A DNA stretch of 64,000 bases from Octopus vulgaris (Eukaryota): contig OX597828.1 of NCBI GenBank assembly GCA_951406725.2, positions 38,440,001 to 38,504,000 of the forward strand. Direction: 5' to 3'. The position numbers were made by a program, and so were the translations under genes. Under the pieces are notes generated by a model that saw only the letters and a list, made by a program, of their open reading frames with translations, was not told the origin of the DNA and made no database searches. The stretch's first letter is position 1. Every line of letters starts with the position of its first letter. This document shows, in pieces, positions 1 to 13,053 of the stretch.

Positions 1-120
1 AGGGACCTCGCTTCACCCCGAGTTGTGGCACAAGACTGCAACGGGTGGGGAAGACTGGAGTACAATATTCCACGGCGCCGCTCCTCCGATCCCATCAAGA
101 GTTAAGAATAAGCAACAACA
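1..120 (+). mobile_element. Probable 3' end of an RTE-like LINE
   Basis: Translates RDLASPRVVAQDCNGWGRL..., resembling the RTE C-terminal AQDRxxWR motif, and is followed by a short (CAA) tail. Confidence 0.35.
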
Positions 121-849
121 ATACTATTATTTTTAAAACATCGGCCATGGGTTACAAATTAGGTTTTGGGAAAGTGGCACAGTTGATGAAATGGGATTTT
201 ATTCTATGTTTGATTATTATTTCGAGAGTTTGAAGAATAAAAAATAAAGTTAACGACAAGGGGTTTGAACACCGACTGAAAAATCTAATAATACTGAAAC
301 ATATACTTAGTTGTCTCCCCTACTTTCAAAAAAACATTAAAGTAATATTAATGATTTGACTCATATCGTTTTGGTGTTTTTTTCCCGTCGTGCAATGTTC
401 CCTCTATGCTGTACGCTTGTGCACTCACATATTCTACAACTTGCGCACAAACGGGAAAAATTGTATACACACAAGATTTTCAAGATAAAATTGAATTTTT
501 TAATCTAATAAATTAATCGAAAAATTTCATAATGAATTTTTAAATGACACATTTCAAATAGTATGAATTTATTTAGACAGTCAATATAGTATTTGAATGA
601 TAGTTTTTCTCATGGATACGCAGATACTTTTACATAGAAATACAAAATTTGCACGCAAGCAAATTTGTGCACATATTCACAGCAAAAGAATTAGAAGGAA
701 CTTTAGCCAAATGGCTATGTTAAGCAGAGCGAGGGACTAAGTTACTATCCAAATATGTACTTTTGGTCAAACTTAAATAGTGTAACAGAGCTAATTGCTT
801 AAGGGGAAAAAAGGTGATGAGGAGGAGGGGGGAAAGAAGGGAAAGAGGA

Positions 850-882
<33 letters not shown>

Positions 883-894
883 GGAGGATTTGGT

Positions 895-1335
895 TTATTT
901 GCTACCGTCGCTTATGGAAGATATTACAAAAACAGCTTACAATTCGTGGAGGTGGAGTTACATAAAGAAAAATTGTGGAAAGAAGTGGAGAGGAGGGGGA
1001 AATAGGGTAAACGATAAACATAAGAGACAAAATATGTGAACACATGAATGATACAATCTTTTTGATGAAGGACGGCCTCCATCTAGGGGCAATCAAGAAA
1101 CCCTACAGATCCAGGATCAACCTGCCCACTAAGGGCACAAGCCCTAACCTTTCCGTTGTCCTTCATTCTGCAGGTACTGGTGCATGCTTAGAGTAGTTCC
1201 ATTCATCCTTACCATTTTTGCTACAGTCACCTTCCTTTTTGACAAATTCGCGGGCAAAGAACACTTTCCTCGCCGATCTCACTTTCCTTTCTAAGTGGAA
1301 CTTGGAAATGTCGATGAAGATTCGACAGAGCTCGG
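895..1335 (-). mobile_element. Degenerate 3' end of a Tx1/L1-like LINE
   Basis: Minus-strand translation KFHLERKVRSARKVF...FVKK..VAKM resembles the C-terminus of the Tx1-like fragment at 41430-42521. Confidence 0.35.
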
Positions 1336-1647
1336 GTGTACAACTTGTTGGTAAAAGAATAAAAGATGGGACAGAAAGCAGCGGTAGGTCAAGTAAAGAA
1401 AAATAGAAATGAAAGTCTAAAGTACAAACAAAGTACACAGGGCAAAATACAGGATGACAGGAAAGTGAACAGTAAAAGAATCATTAAGAGAGAAGAATAC
1501 ATAAAAAGAGAAGATGGCGTCAGCAGTCATCATCGTGTATCATACGTTTTGCAATGACACAACAGCACAACTCTCCCATCGAATGACTCCAGAGTGTTAC
1601 TTCGTTCTGACTTTTTCATGGTGTTTTTCTTGACAGAAATATGAGGG

Positions 1648-2093
1648 CTGTTTGCCATTGCCTTGCCCAACTAGCTTAGTCGCTGACCCCTCGACCGTGG
1701 AACAAATAATACTGGGTTGTTTGCCATTGCCTTGCCCAACTGGATGGCTGCTGGCTCACAAGGAATCATCCACCCTTTGACACGTTTTGTTTTCAATCCT
1801 GTTGGGTATCCAGACAACCTCCTCAGAAGAATAGGTAGCTATTCCAGTGGGGCAGCCAGCTTAGTCGCTGACCCCTCGACCGTGGAACAAATAATACTGG
1901 GTTGTTTGCCATTGCCTTGCCCAACTGGATGGCTGCTGGCTCACAAGGAACTCATCCACCCTTTGGCGCGTCTTGCTCTCAATCCTGTTGGGTGTCCAGA
2001 CACCCTCCTCAGAAGAATAGCTAGCTATTCCAGTGAGGCAGCCAGCTTAGTCGCTGACCCCCTCGAGCGTGGAACAAATAATACTTGTTTGCA
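1648..2093. repeat. Tandem duplication of a ~185 bp unit (1716-1900, 1901-2085) plus an internally deleted copy (1648-1715)
   Basis: Near-identical units starting TTGTTTGCCATTGCCTTGCCCAACT. The minus strand carries GGCAAGGCAATGGCAAAC, a motif typical of RTE-related elements. Confidence 0.85.
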
Positions 2094-2946
2094 TGGTACC
2101 AGTAGCAGGTTTCGACAGGCTGTGATGAGACCCCTGACCTGAGTCAGCAGTGATGTTGGCGAATTTAGGGACACCAAGAACTTTTGAAAGATACAATTTC
2201 CTGGCAGCTAACAAGCAACGTGGATTATTTATTCCATGCTTCGACAATTCTGAACGTGATAAAAATATTTCTGAAAGAACACCTAGATAGTCAGCGAGCC
2301 ACAGTGCACCGTTTAAAAACGAACTGGTCTTATCTGAATAAAACAGAATAAAACGTAAAAAGTAACGGCAAGAGTAGAAACGAAAGATTATACAGGGTAG
2401 CAAGTATAGTGCAAGCGAAATGGCTACTTCTTATATCTTCAACTGTCGGGTGTAAATGCGTTTGCAATAAATAATTCAGATATGAGAAAATTTTAGTTAC
2501 GACGTCGACGAGATGCGGTGTTACGGGTACTCGACAGGGGAAAGAAATCTTGATAGACTGTAGAAGTTAAGGGAAGTAACTCAATACCTTAGAAGTAACA
2601 TCGAAAATTGGAAATTGGTAGTTAGATACGGTGAACTCTCCTTTCTATCCACTCCTTGTCATCCTCAGCAATATCATCATCATCATCGTCATCATAATCG
2701 TCGTCGTCATCGTTGTCATCGTCATCATTATCATTATCAGTTATGGAAAAGGAATAGCAATCTTTCTCTCTTCAAACATGCATGTAATCTGTGTGGCAGG
2801 AGTAGGTAATTGCTATTGATAAAGTAAAGAATGTGTAAAAACACTCTGACAGCAAAACTTGTATTTAGACACAAGACACACACACACACACACACAACAC
2901 GCGCGCACACACGCACACACATGCATATAGTTATATGGATATACTT

Positions 2947-3371
2947 TTAGTCTTTTACTCTTTTGTTCTTTTTACTTGTTTCAGTCATTTGACTGCGGCC
3001 GTGCTGGAGCACCGCTTTTAGTCGAGAAAATCGACCCCACGATTTATTCTTTGTAAGACTAGTACATATTCTATCGGTTTCTTTTGCCGAACCGCTAATT
3101 AACGGGGACATAAACACAGCAGTATCGGTTGTCAAGCGATGTTGGGGGTACAAACACAGACACACAAACACACACACACACACACATATATATATACACA
3201 TATACATATATACGACGGGCTTCTTTCAGTTTCCGTTTACCAAATTCCCTCATTAGGCTTTGGTCAGCCCGGGGCTATAGTAGAAGACACTTGCCCAAGG
3301 TGTCACGCAGTGGGACTGAACCCGGAACCGTGTGATTGGTAAGCAAGCTACTTACCACACAACCACTCCTG
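2947..3371 (-). mobile_element. tRNA-derived SINE family A (internal (TA)/(TG) microsatellite, AAAAGAG tail)
   Basis: Head GGAGTGGYTGTGTGGTAAGTAGCTTGC...GGTTCAGTCCC (A/B-box-like). Multicopy in this window. Confidence 0.85.
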
Positions 3372-3954
3372 TCACAGTCGAGTTGCATTTCCTTTGAATA
3401 AAATATTTAGAATCCTTACCTGTAATGAATCTTTTGTGTTAATGAGTATGCGTTAATGAGTTCTTTTCAAGCTTATAAAACACACTCTAGGTGTGTGTGT
3501 GAGAGAGCGAGAGGGGGTGGAAGGAAGGCGGGAGAGACTAAGAGAGAGACAGACAATGTGCGGGCATCATCCGCGTTACAGAAATCTCCAATCACTAAGA
3601 TCTTACTGTGATGGTGAATTCCGTAACTGGAAGCAATTAAGCTCAAAGTTATTAATTGAGATGTTGTCCCAAACGGAATTATTCGGAAAAAGGAGAAAAC
3701 AAGGAAGAGAAGCGTGTAACGCAACCATTTTTCGTTCACGAGAAAACATTTTCTAAATATGCACAATAAAATATCGACATAAAAGAACATTTGAAGAGAA
3801 ATACATCAAGAAATAAGAATACGATAAGCACCGTGATATTGTCGTGCGGTGCTTATTTGACATAAAAGATGTTGGCAGTTGTGTGGCAGGTGGGAGGCAC
3901 TGGGAGGAAGAGGGACACCATCTTCTGTCCTGTTCACCAGCAGCAGCAACAGGA

Positions 3955-4273
3955 GTGGAGGCGCAATGGCCCAGTGGTTAGGGTAACGGACTCGCGGTCG
4001 TAAGAACGCGGTTTCGATTCCCAGACCGAGCATTGTGAGTGTTTATTGGGCAAAAAACACCCAAACTCCACGAGGCTCCGGCGGTGTGTGGGGGGAGAGG
4101 TGAACCCCGCTGTACTCTATCACCACAACTTTCTCTCACTCTTTCTTCCTACTTTTGCCGCAAAGCAGAGGAACTATGGTGTAACCCACTATGGTGTGGT
4201 AAACTTTCAGACCCTAGTCTCGATTGCGAATCCTCTGTACCCTAGGATGGTTCAGCTCTCCACCCGTTAAAAG
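3955..4273 (+). mobile_element. tRNA-derived SINE family B, variant body, 3'-truncated at LINE junction
   Basis: Head GTGGAGGCGCAATGGCCCAGTGGTTAGG...GGTTTCGATTCCC. Collinear with the copy at 13054-13380 up to CCGTTAAAAGC. Confidence 0.85.
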
Positions 4274-5530
4274 CGGCGCCCAGTTCTGGCATTTGTGTAA
4301 CTCTCGATGCCAAAGTTTGGGATAAGTCCCTCCAGGATCTTCCAGATGTATATCATGGCATATCTTTCCCGCCTACGCTCCAAGGAATATAGTTTTAATC
4401 TCTTGAGTCTTTCCCAGTAGCTTATATTCTGCATAGAGGCTATCTTCTTCGTGTAGCTACGTTGGATCGCCTCAAGTTCTGTGATCAACTTGACACTGGA
4501 TGGTGACCGTAACTGAGAGCAATAGTCAAAGTGGCTTAGGACAAGTGTCCTCCAGAGGACCATCATGGTTTCTTGTTCTCTTGTTCTAAAGGTTCTGAGT
4601 ATCCATCCGGCCAGTCGTCTACATTTCATTGCCAATTTAGCAACATGTACACGAAAGGTTGCGTCATCACTCATGTAAATACCCAGGTCACGCACTGATT
4701 GTGCCTCTGGGATTGCAATTCCTCCGGGTCCAGTGTATTCATTGGGTATTGCATTTAGTTGTGCATGCTGATAGTATAAAGCTTGAAACTTTTCAGCATT
4801 GAACTGCATGCTATTCTTTTCAGCCCACTTGTATATTTTGTCCAGCTCACATTGCAGGCGTTTAGTGTCCTCAGAGTTCTGTATTGCCTGGGAAACTTTT
4901 GTATCACCTGCATAACTTGTGATCGTGGCTCTCTGCGTGGCTGAAGGCATGTCTGAGAGGGCCATTATGAACAGTAGTGGTCCCAAAACACCGCTCACTA
5001 TTTGCGTGTTAATGGCTACTACCACCTGACTTCTATCTTTCAGAAAGTCATGAAGCCATTCTCCCAGTTTTCCAACTATGTTGAGATCACGCAGTTTGTG
5101 ACATATCATTCCATGATCGACTTTATCAAAGGCCTTTGCAAAGTCGAGATATATCACTTCCACATTTGAGTGGTTGAGCAGTCGTTTCAGCACCCAGTCA
5201 TAGTGTTGTAGGAGCTGAGTTAAGCAGCTTCTCCCTGGTCGGAAACCATGTTGGGTGTCGGGCAGCAAGTCATTTTCTTCAAGGAAGGTGATCAGTTTCC
5301 TTCTGACTATTCGTTCCATGACCTTGCTGATGTGTGAGGTCAGAGAGATAGGTCTGTAGTTCTTGGCCTCCGCTCTGCTACCCCCTTTATGAATAGGGCA
5401 TATTTTACCTTCCTTCAGTTTTCTTGGAAGTTTGCCAGCTGCAAGGAAGCTCTGAAAGAGGAACTGCAGTGGTCTTGCTAGGACTCTCTTACATACTTTT
5501 AGGAGGATTGCCGGGAATCCATCGGGGCCA
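4274..5530 (-). mobile_element. CR1/L2-group LINE reverse transcriptase fragment (degenerate)
   Basis: ORF 4267-5319 has QHGFRPGRSC, YLDFAKAFDKVDH, VLGPLLF, YAGD (decayed YADD), RDLGI and LYSLERRRER. Upstream: GPDG and NYRPISLTS motifs. Confidence 0.92.
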
Positions 5531-5541
5531 GATATATATAT

Positions 5542-5841
5542 ATCTGTAAATTAATATGTTACCATTATTCAATAGTCAAGATAAAACTCTGAGTTTCAGA
5601 TGCCGAAGTGGAAATCCACAACACCATTTCTTCGGTTATCTGGCCACCTGAAAAACGCTATGAAAAAATACCGTTTATATAAAGGGAAAGAGATGGTGTT
5701 GTGGATTTCCACTTCGGCATCTGAAACTCAGAGTTTTATCTTGACTATTGAATAATGGTAACATATTAATTTACAGATGAATTTCCTCTATTTACATAAT
5801 ATTGAGGTCTCTTTCTTTCTTTTGTTATCTTACCGTTATTA

Positions 5842-5845
<4 letters not shown>
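5542..5845. mobile_element. Fold-back element (86 bp inverted arms 5542-5627/5693-5778) with a degenerate hammerhead-like core; Penelope-like
   Basis: The arms are reverse complements and the element is flanked by (TA)n. It is homologous to 27583-27795. Confidence 0.65.
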
Positions 5846-5876
<31 letters not shown>

Positions 5877-5884
<8 letters not shown>

Positions 5885-6095
5885 ATATTTCGGAATGGTC
5901 ATTTTGCCAGTTTAGCCAATAAAAACACACGCACTATATATTTGGTGTTACTTTGCTTCAGTGTTATTTATTTTTTACATTAATCTTAATCTTATTTCGG
6001 CCAGAGTTCTTTCGTCACACTCCTGTGACCGCATCAGTGGTCCTTTGTTTTATTGGCTAAACTGGCAAAATGACCATTCCGAAATATAACAATAT
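5877..6095. mobile_element. Fold-back element (~48 bp arms) enclosing a hammerhead-like motif
   Basis: Arms at 5877-5924 and 6048-6095. The minus strand reads GGACCA-CTGATGCG-GTCAC(aggagt)GTGAC-GAAA-GAAC-TC-TGGCC. Confidence 0.6.
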
Positions 6096-6140
6096 CTGTT
6101 TTAACACACGACTTCACATAAAAAATCTTGCACAACAAAT

Positions 6141-6234
<94 letters not shown>

Positions 6235-6235
<1 letters not shown>

Positions 6236-6400
6236 TGAAAGAATTGAGTCGAACGAAAATTTTAACAAAATTCCTTTACTCGACACATGTTTCGAAGACG
6301 GCATACTTTTAATTCCGAATTAAAAGTATGCCGTCTTCGAAACATGTGTCGAGAGTAAAGGAATTTTGTTAAAATCTTCGTTCGACTCCATTCTTTCATT
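6235..6400. repeat. Near-perfect ~165 bp palindrome, likely inverted Penelope-like terminus
   Basis: Centre at AATTCCGAATT. The arms contain TTCGAAACATGTGTC. Confidence 0.8.
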
Positions 6401-6547
6401 TATTTATATAAAAAACACACAAATTTCCACACAAGAACCCGGAGTTTCTACCCTTGACAGGTCGCTTCAACCGTGTTTTCTGACGTGAATTTGCTACCCA
6501 GGTATCGGTTAAACAAATTTTCCATGCTAAGATAATTCATTCACCTA

Positions 6548-6600
<53 letters not shown>

Positions 6601-7116
6601 ATTCATTGATTGATGTTTGATCTCTCTTGTCTCTTCGGCCAGAGAGAATTCAGCGGGTCATTATAGGTCATAGTAGGACACAGTAGGACACAGCAGGACG
6701 GTGTTCTCTGATATTTTGCCATGTTTCGTGTGGGGATTCAAACTCATCCGAGATTTGTAGACTCTGTTGCTGGCGTCGCAGTATGTGGGTATGTATGTAG
6801 GTAGGTAGGTGTGCACGTGTGCATGCGTGTGTACACATGTGTGTGCTTGTGCGCGCATGTGTATGTGCGTGTGTATGTCTGCGCCTGTGTTTGTCACCCA
6901 TTGTCTGTTTGTTCATCTCCCCGTAACCTAGCGGTGCGGTAAAAGGAGTCCGATGAAATAGGTACCAGACTTTTAAAAAATAGATAAGCTGAAGGGTCGA
7001 ATTGTTCAACTATACCCTTCAGGGTAGTGCTGCAGCGTGGCCGCAATCAGTCTGATGACTCAAACAACTAAAAGTTAAAGAAAAAAATGATAAAGACAAA
7101 ACTGATAAACTACTGC

Positions 7117-7645
<529 letters not shown>

Positions 7646-8101
7646 TTGAAAGAGTTTGTGTTTCGTGTAACTGGCACAGCTGGCTCTGTCTGTCGGATCA
7701 ATATAATCGGATTTAGATTATTAGGTGAGCTAACTGTATTTGATGGTCGGTTGGAGAGAAAGCGAAAAACTCGGGTGTTCATTTATGGCTAACAACCTTC
7801 GCCTGATTTGTACAGTGTAGATAGGTCGAAGGTGTGTGCGAGAAAGAGAGGGGGAGGGAGGGGAGACAGACTAACAGACAGAGACAGACAGAGAGAGAGA
7901 GAGAGATAGAGAGGGGCGGACCGTATACGATGAGCTCTCTAGGCTATATATGTTTCCTTGGCAACAAACAATTGCTTGCTTGGTGGTGCTGGTGTTGATC
8001 GCGTTACGCTGTTACGTTGATATTTATAGTTTGGATACGGTATTACAGTTCGTTCTTCAAGAGGGAAGTGGTGTATGGATAGGAGTATAGTATTTATTCG
8101 C

Positions 8102-8490
8102 GTGGAGGCGCAATGGCCCAGTGGTTAGGGCAGCGGACTCGCGGTCGGAGGATCGCGGTTTCGATTCCCAGACCGGGCATTGTGAGTGTTTATTGAGCGA
8201 AAACACCTAAAGCTCCACGAGGCTCCGGCAGGGGATGGTGGTGATCCCTGCTGTACTCTTTCACCACAACTTTCTCTCGCTCTTTCTTCCTGTTTCTCTT
8301 GTACCTGTATTTCAAAGGGCCAGCCTTGTCACATTCTGTGTGACACGCTGAATCTCCTCGAGAACTACGTTAAGGGTACACGTGTCTGTGGAGTTCTCAG
8401 CCACTTGCACGTTAATATCACGAGCAAGCTGTTCCGTTGATCGTATCAGCTGGGACCCTCATCGTCGCAACCGACGGAGTGCTCCTACCT
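8102..8490 (+). mobile_element. tRNA-derived SINE family B, full length with target-site duplication
   Basis: tRNA-like head. TTATTCGCGTG is repeated on both sides (8094-8104 and 8492-8502). Confidence 0.9.
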
Positions 8491-8560
8491 ATTATTCGCG
8501 TGTAGATTATTATTAATTATAGGGCATTCTTTCATGCCTTTTGTAATAATAATAATAATA

Positions 8561-8594
<34 letters not shown>

Positions 8595-8596
<2 letters not shown>

Positions 8597-8820
8597 GGAC
8601 GAAATGCTTAGCGGTGTTTCGCCCGTCGCTGCGTTCTGTGTTCAAATTCCGCCGAAGTCAACTTTCCTTTCATCCTTTCGGGGTCGATAAATTAAGTAAC
8701 AGTTGAACACTGGAGTCAATGTAATTGACACGTCCCCTCCCCATTGAGTACTGAGGTCGATGTGATCGACTGTCGCTCTCCCCACAAAATTCAGGCCTTG
8801 CGGCTATTAGTAGAAAGGAT
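8595..8820 (+). mobile_element. SINE family C fragment
   Basis: Core GAGTTCAAATTCCGCCGAGGTCGACTTTGCCTTTCATCCTTTCGGGGTCGATAAA recurs many times in the window. Confidence 0.8.
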
Positions 8821-8860
8821 TATTATTGTTATTATTATTATAAATTATTATTATTATTAT

Positions 8861-9417
8861 TGAGTGAGAGAGCAGTTCATGCCATCAAAGTGACACTGGG
8901 GTAAAATATACGAAGCCCAATATACCCATCATGACTACCCGTCTGATAAAGGTACACCAGGCACATGCATCACAACCATATGTGCGCGACATGGTGATCT
9001 CATATCAAGATAAACAGCACATGGCCTTGCAGGTGGGGCCCAGTTAGAATTTTCTTCAGGTTGAGTAGCCCATCCCGCTCAAACGGTCCCTGAATAAGGG
9101 TTGTTTAAGGATGTTGAAAGAACCACCCATGTTTCCAGAGGTGAACTATTCAAACCCCAAAGAATCCCTCTCAACACATGGCTATGATGCTCCCCCACTA
9201 CTTCTGCTCGTGATCAGAGATGCACATATCGTCAGCCACTAAGGGACATGCTCAACTGGTTAAGGTCAAACAACTGACAAGCAAATCTGTGGTATTGAGC
9301 AGAATATTTGCTGTAGCCCATCTTTTATACCAAGACAAAACAATGTACATGATAACACTTCCAATCAGTTAAGATCAGAAGCCATGAGAGCCACTGCCTG
9401 GTACTGCATCAGGGCAT
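8861..9417 (-). mobile_element. Non-coding retroelement tail inserted in (TAA)n, copy 1
   Basis: Flanked by (TTA)n on both sides. Shares its left end (TGAGTGAGAGAGCAG) with the copy at 9510-9938. Confidence 0.7.
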
Positions 9418-9418
9418 C

Positions 9419-9503
<85 letters not shown>

Positions 9504-9509
9504 CATCAT

Positions 9510-9938
9510 TGAGTGAGAGAGCAGTTCATGCCATCAATGTGACACTGGGGTAAAATATACGAAGCCCAATATACCCATCATGACTACCTGTCTGATAAAG
9601 GTACACCAGGCACATGCATCACAACCATATGTGCGCGACATGGTGATCTCATATCAAGATAAACAGCACATGACCTTGCAGGTGGGGCCCAGTTAGAATT
9701 TTCTTCAGGTTGAGTAGCCCATCCCGCTCAAACGGTCCCTGAATAAGGGTTGTTTAAGGATGTTGAAAGAACCACCCATGTTTCCAGAGGTGAACTATTA
9801 AAACCCCAAAGAATCCCTCTCAACACATGGCTATGATGCTCCCCCACTACTTCTGCACGTGATCAGAGATGCACATATCGTCAGCCACTAAGGGACATGC
9901 TCAACTGGTTAAGGTCAAACAACTGACTAGCAAATCTG
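9510..9938 (-). mobile_element. Non-coding retroelement tail inserted in (TAA)n, copy 2 (shorter)
   Basis: Near-identical to 8861-9289 and truncated at the right end, consistent with 5' truncation of a minus-strand insert. Confidence 0.7.
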
Positions 9939-9977
<39 letters not shown>

Positions 9978-12082
9978 GTCATTTACTTTTAATCTGCATG
10001 TTTGATGCAATCACCTGCCGGGGCACACCCAGCGCCCTAGGGCAAGTGAAGGTTAAGAGTTGTTGAAATACAGCTGAAAGCTTGGGGAGGGGAAGTAGAG
10101 ATATATCTCCATGTAATGCAAACACAGACATTTACATTGATAGGGTTTTTCTAAGGATGTGGGCAGTACTTGTTAGCACAATCTTTTGGATTTCCTTGAG
10201 ACATGGTTTTCCAGGGATATTGTCTAGGTGTTTCTGACATCCCTTTTTTATCATACCTAGGGCACCTACAATAACAGGAACAGTTTTTGTTTTAAGATTC
10301 CACATCCTCTGTATTTCGATTTCCAGGTCCTTATATTTACTAAGTTTGTCAAATTCCTTGACAGATACATTTTTATCAGTGGGGACGCTTACTTCTATTA
10401 GTCTGCAGGTATTTTCTTCCCTGTCCTTAACAATTATGTCTGGTCGATTAGCCTTGATCGTTCTGTCAGTGTTGACTGGAAAATCCCAGAGGATGGTGAC
10501 ATCTTTACCTTCAACAACTGGCTGAGGATGGTGTTCGTACCAGTTAGCAGGAGTGTCGGATTTGTAGTGTTTACATATCTTCCAATGTATATACTGTCCT
10601 ACCCTATCGTGGCGATTTTTGTATTCGTTTGGTGTCAGCACAGGACATCCCGAAACGAGATGGTCTATCGTTTCGTCAAATGTGTCGCAGAATCTGCATT
10701 TAGGGTCAGTACCGTTTCGGAGAACGTTACCCTGGTAATTTATGGTAAACAAGCTTCGATCTTGTGCTGCCATTATGAAACCTTCAGTCTCTGCTTTCAA
10801 TCCAGAGCTCTTCAGCCACTGATGGGTTGTTGCTTGGTCTACATCAGCATTTTGGCTTCGGAGAATATATTGTCCATGCAGGGGCTTCTGGCTCCACCGC
10901 CTCTCAATTTGATTCTGCCCGTTCTTTTTTGCAGTCTGCTTGATTCGCTTTGCTTGCTTGGTAGCAGTGGTTTCCGGCTCTTCATCTGATTCAAGGTTAA
11001 TGTCTAGTTCCCTTTCGAACTTATAAGCTTCCTTGACAATAGAATGCAGCTTTTTGTTGCTTTCGTGTTCGCGCACAAGTCGCAGCATCCAGTCCTTTGT
11101 ACTAGATAGGTACCTGTTCATTCCTACAGTAGAGGTCTTATAGCACAGCTCTAATTGCATCATTCCTCTCCCCCCGCTGCTTCTAGGTAGGTACAAGCGG
11201 TCTACATCTGCCTTAGGGTGGTGCATGCTCCTGGATGTCAGTAACTTTCTTGTCTTCCTGTCTAAGCGTTGGAGTTCCGTAAGGTTCCAGTTAATGATAT
11301 TAAAACTGTACTGGACTACTGGAAGTGCCAGGGTGTTAATGGCCTCAATGCAATTTTTGGAGTTGAGCTCAGTCTTCAGTACAAGCCTTATTCTCCTATA
11401 GTATTCCTTTCTTATTTTTTCCTTCATAGTAGCATGATGTATACCATCTCCTTCGTTGATTCCTAGGTATTTGTAACTTTCCTGTGGGTCAAGTTCCTTG
11501 ATGGTAGTGTCAATATCTAATTTAACAGAATATGTTTGCCTGAGCTTGCCTCTTACAAAAGTTGCTTTAGCACACTTATCAAGGCCAAAATCCATTCCGA
11601 TATCATTGCTAAACTCTTTAACAGTTGTTAGCAGCCCTTCTAGCTCTTGGTCATTCCTGGCAAACAGCTCTAGGTCGTCCATGTAGAAAAGATGGTTTAT
11701 TAATTTACTAAAAACTTTGTACCCATATCTAGTACTATCCAATTCGTTTGAGAGTGGGATCAGTGCCATGCAAAAAAGTAATGGAGAGAGGGAGTCACCT
11801 TGAAAGATGCCTCGTTTGATGTTGATGCTGTTGGACTGGCTCATCTCATTACTATGGCTTAAAAAGAGACGTGTGTTCCACATGGTCATGCTATTCTCTA
11901 AGAATTTTGAGACGACAGGAGAGATCTTGTATATCTCAAGGGCCTTGAGTATCCATTTATGTGGGACACTGTCATACGCTTTCCTGTAGTCTATCCATGC
12001 CATACTCAGGTTTTTGTTTTTGCTCCGGCAATTCTCTACAATCATTCTGTTTATGAGCAATTGGTCTTTGCACCCATAAGAG

Positions 12083-12083
<1 letters not shown>
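9978..12083 (-). mobile_element. 5'-truncated R4/Dong-like non-LTR retrotransposon (RT + CCHC + restriction-like endonuclease)
   Basis: Uninterrupted frame 12083-10132 with WIDYRKAYDSV, GIFQGDSLSPLLF, YMDD, CRFC..ETIDHLVSGC, RHD, RPDI and K..KY. (TAA)n on both flanks. Confidence 0.95.
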
Positions 12084-12153
<70 letters not shown>

Positions 12154-12876
12154 AGCGTAGTTCATTTTGTTTATTTCTGTCTTCTAATCTCCAGGAAACA
12201 ATTAATAGCGTCAGTACCAGTAATATGCTGGTGTTGATTTCAATATATTCTACAGATTTCAGGAAGGGAATTATCTTATGTCCAGATAAGACAGATAATT
12301 TCAAACATGATATAATAATACAATACGCGTGGAAATAACGCCATGTGTACACGACTTTCCTTTCTTTTCTTTGTGTATTTATACTTAAGGTTAATCGTAG
12401 CGCATGAATATCCATCCTTCAATGCAAATAAACGACTTGCATAAACGTATGTACATATTTACACACTTGAGATTGAATATACATACGCTTCTGTCCATTC
12501 ACGCGAGCTCACACACACACACACACACACACACATACATTCATACATACACACGCACATACATGCACATACATACATACATACATACATACATACATAC
12601 ATACATACATACATACATACATACATACATACATACATACACACATATATTCATACATACATACATACATACACAGAGAGGTTTTCTAAAAGGAATTTTG
12701 CAAGGCGGAATCCGGTTACTTTGGGGTCCCACCCAGAAAACGGAGAGAGACTCCTTCCCAGTCAGAAGATCACAGAGCCCATTCTTTGGTCTCCCAGCCC
12801 TTCCTCCTTGGATCTGCTGGTCCTGGACATGAGGTACCGGCCGAACAGCTGTCCTCTCATATTCCTTGTATATGTT

Positions 12877-12971
<95 letters not shown>

Positions 12972-13053
12972 ATATATTTCTTGCCAATAGAGAAAGGCCC
13001 GGTTTCGAACCAAGATCCAAGACTCCTTTGTTGTGGTCTCAACACTAACAGGG

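Noticed and set aside
1717-2142. 141-aa ORF with internal repeat
   Set aside because: Product of a 185-bp tandem duplication with a frame change between units and no recognisable domain.
8102-8178. tRNA-like sequences at SINE heads
   Set aside because: They continue directly into multicopy SINE bodies with TSDs; not bona fide tRNA genes.
10528-10989. Plus-strand 153-aa ORF
   Set aside because: Antisense shadow of the LINE ORF.
12084-12165. N-terminus of the 677-aa ORF (MNYAIVIII...)
   Set aside because: Derived from flanking (TAA)n and host DNA; the element is 5'-truncated, so this is not its real start.
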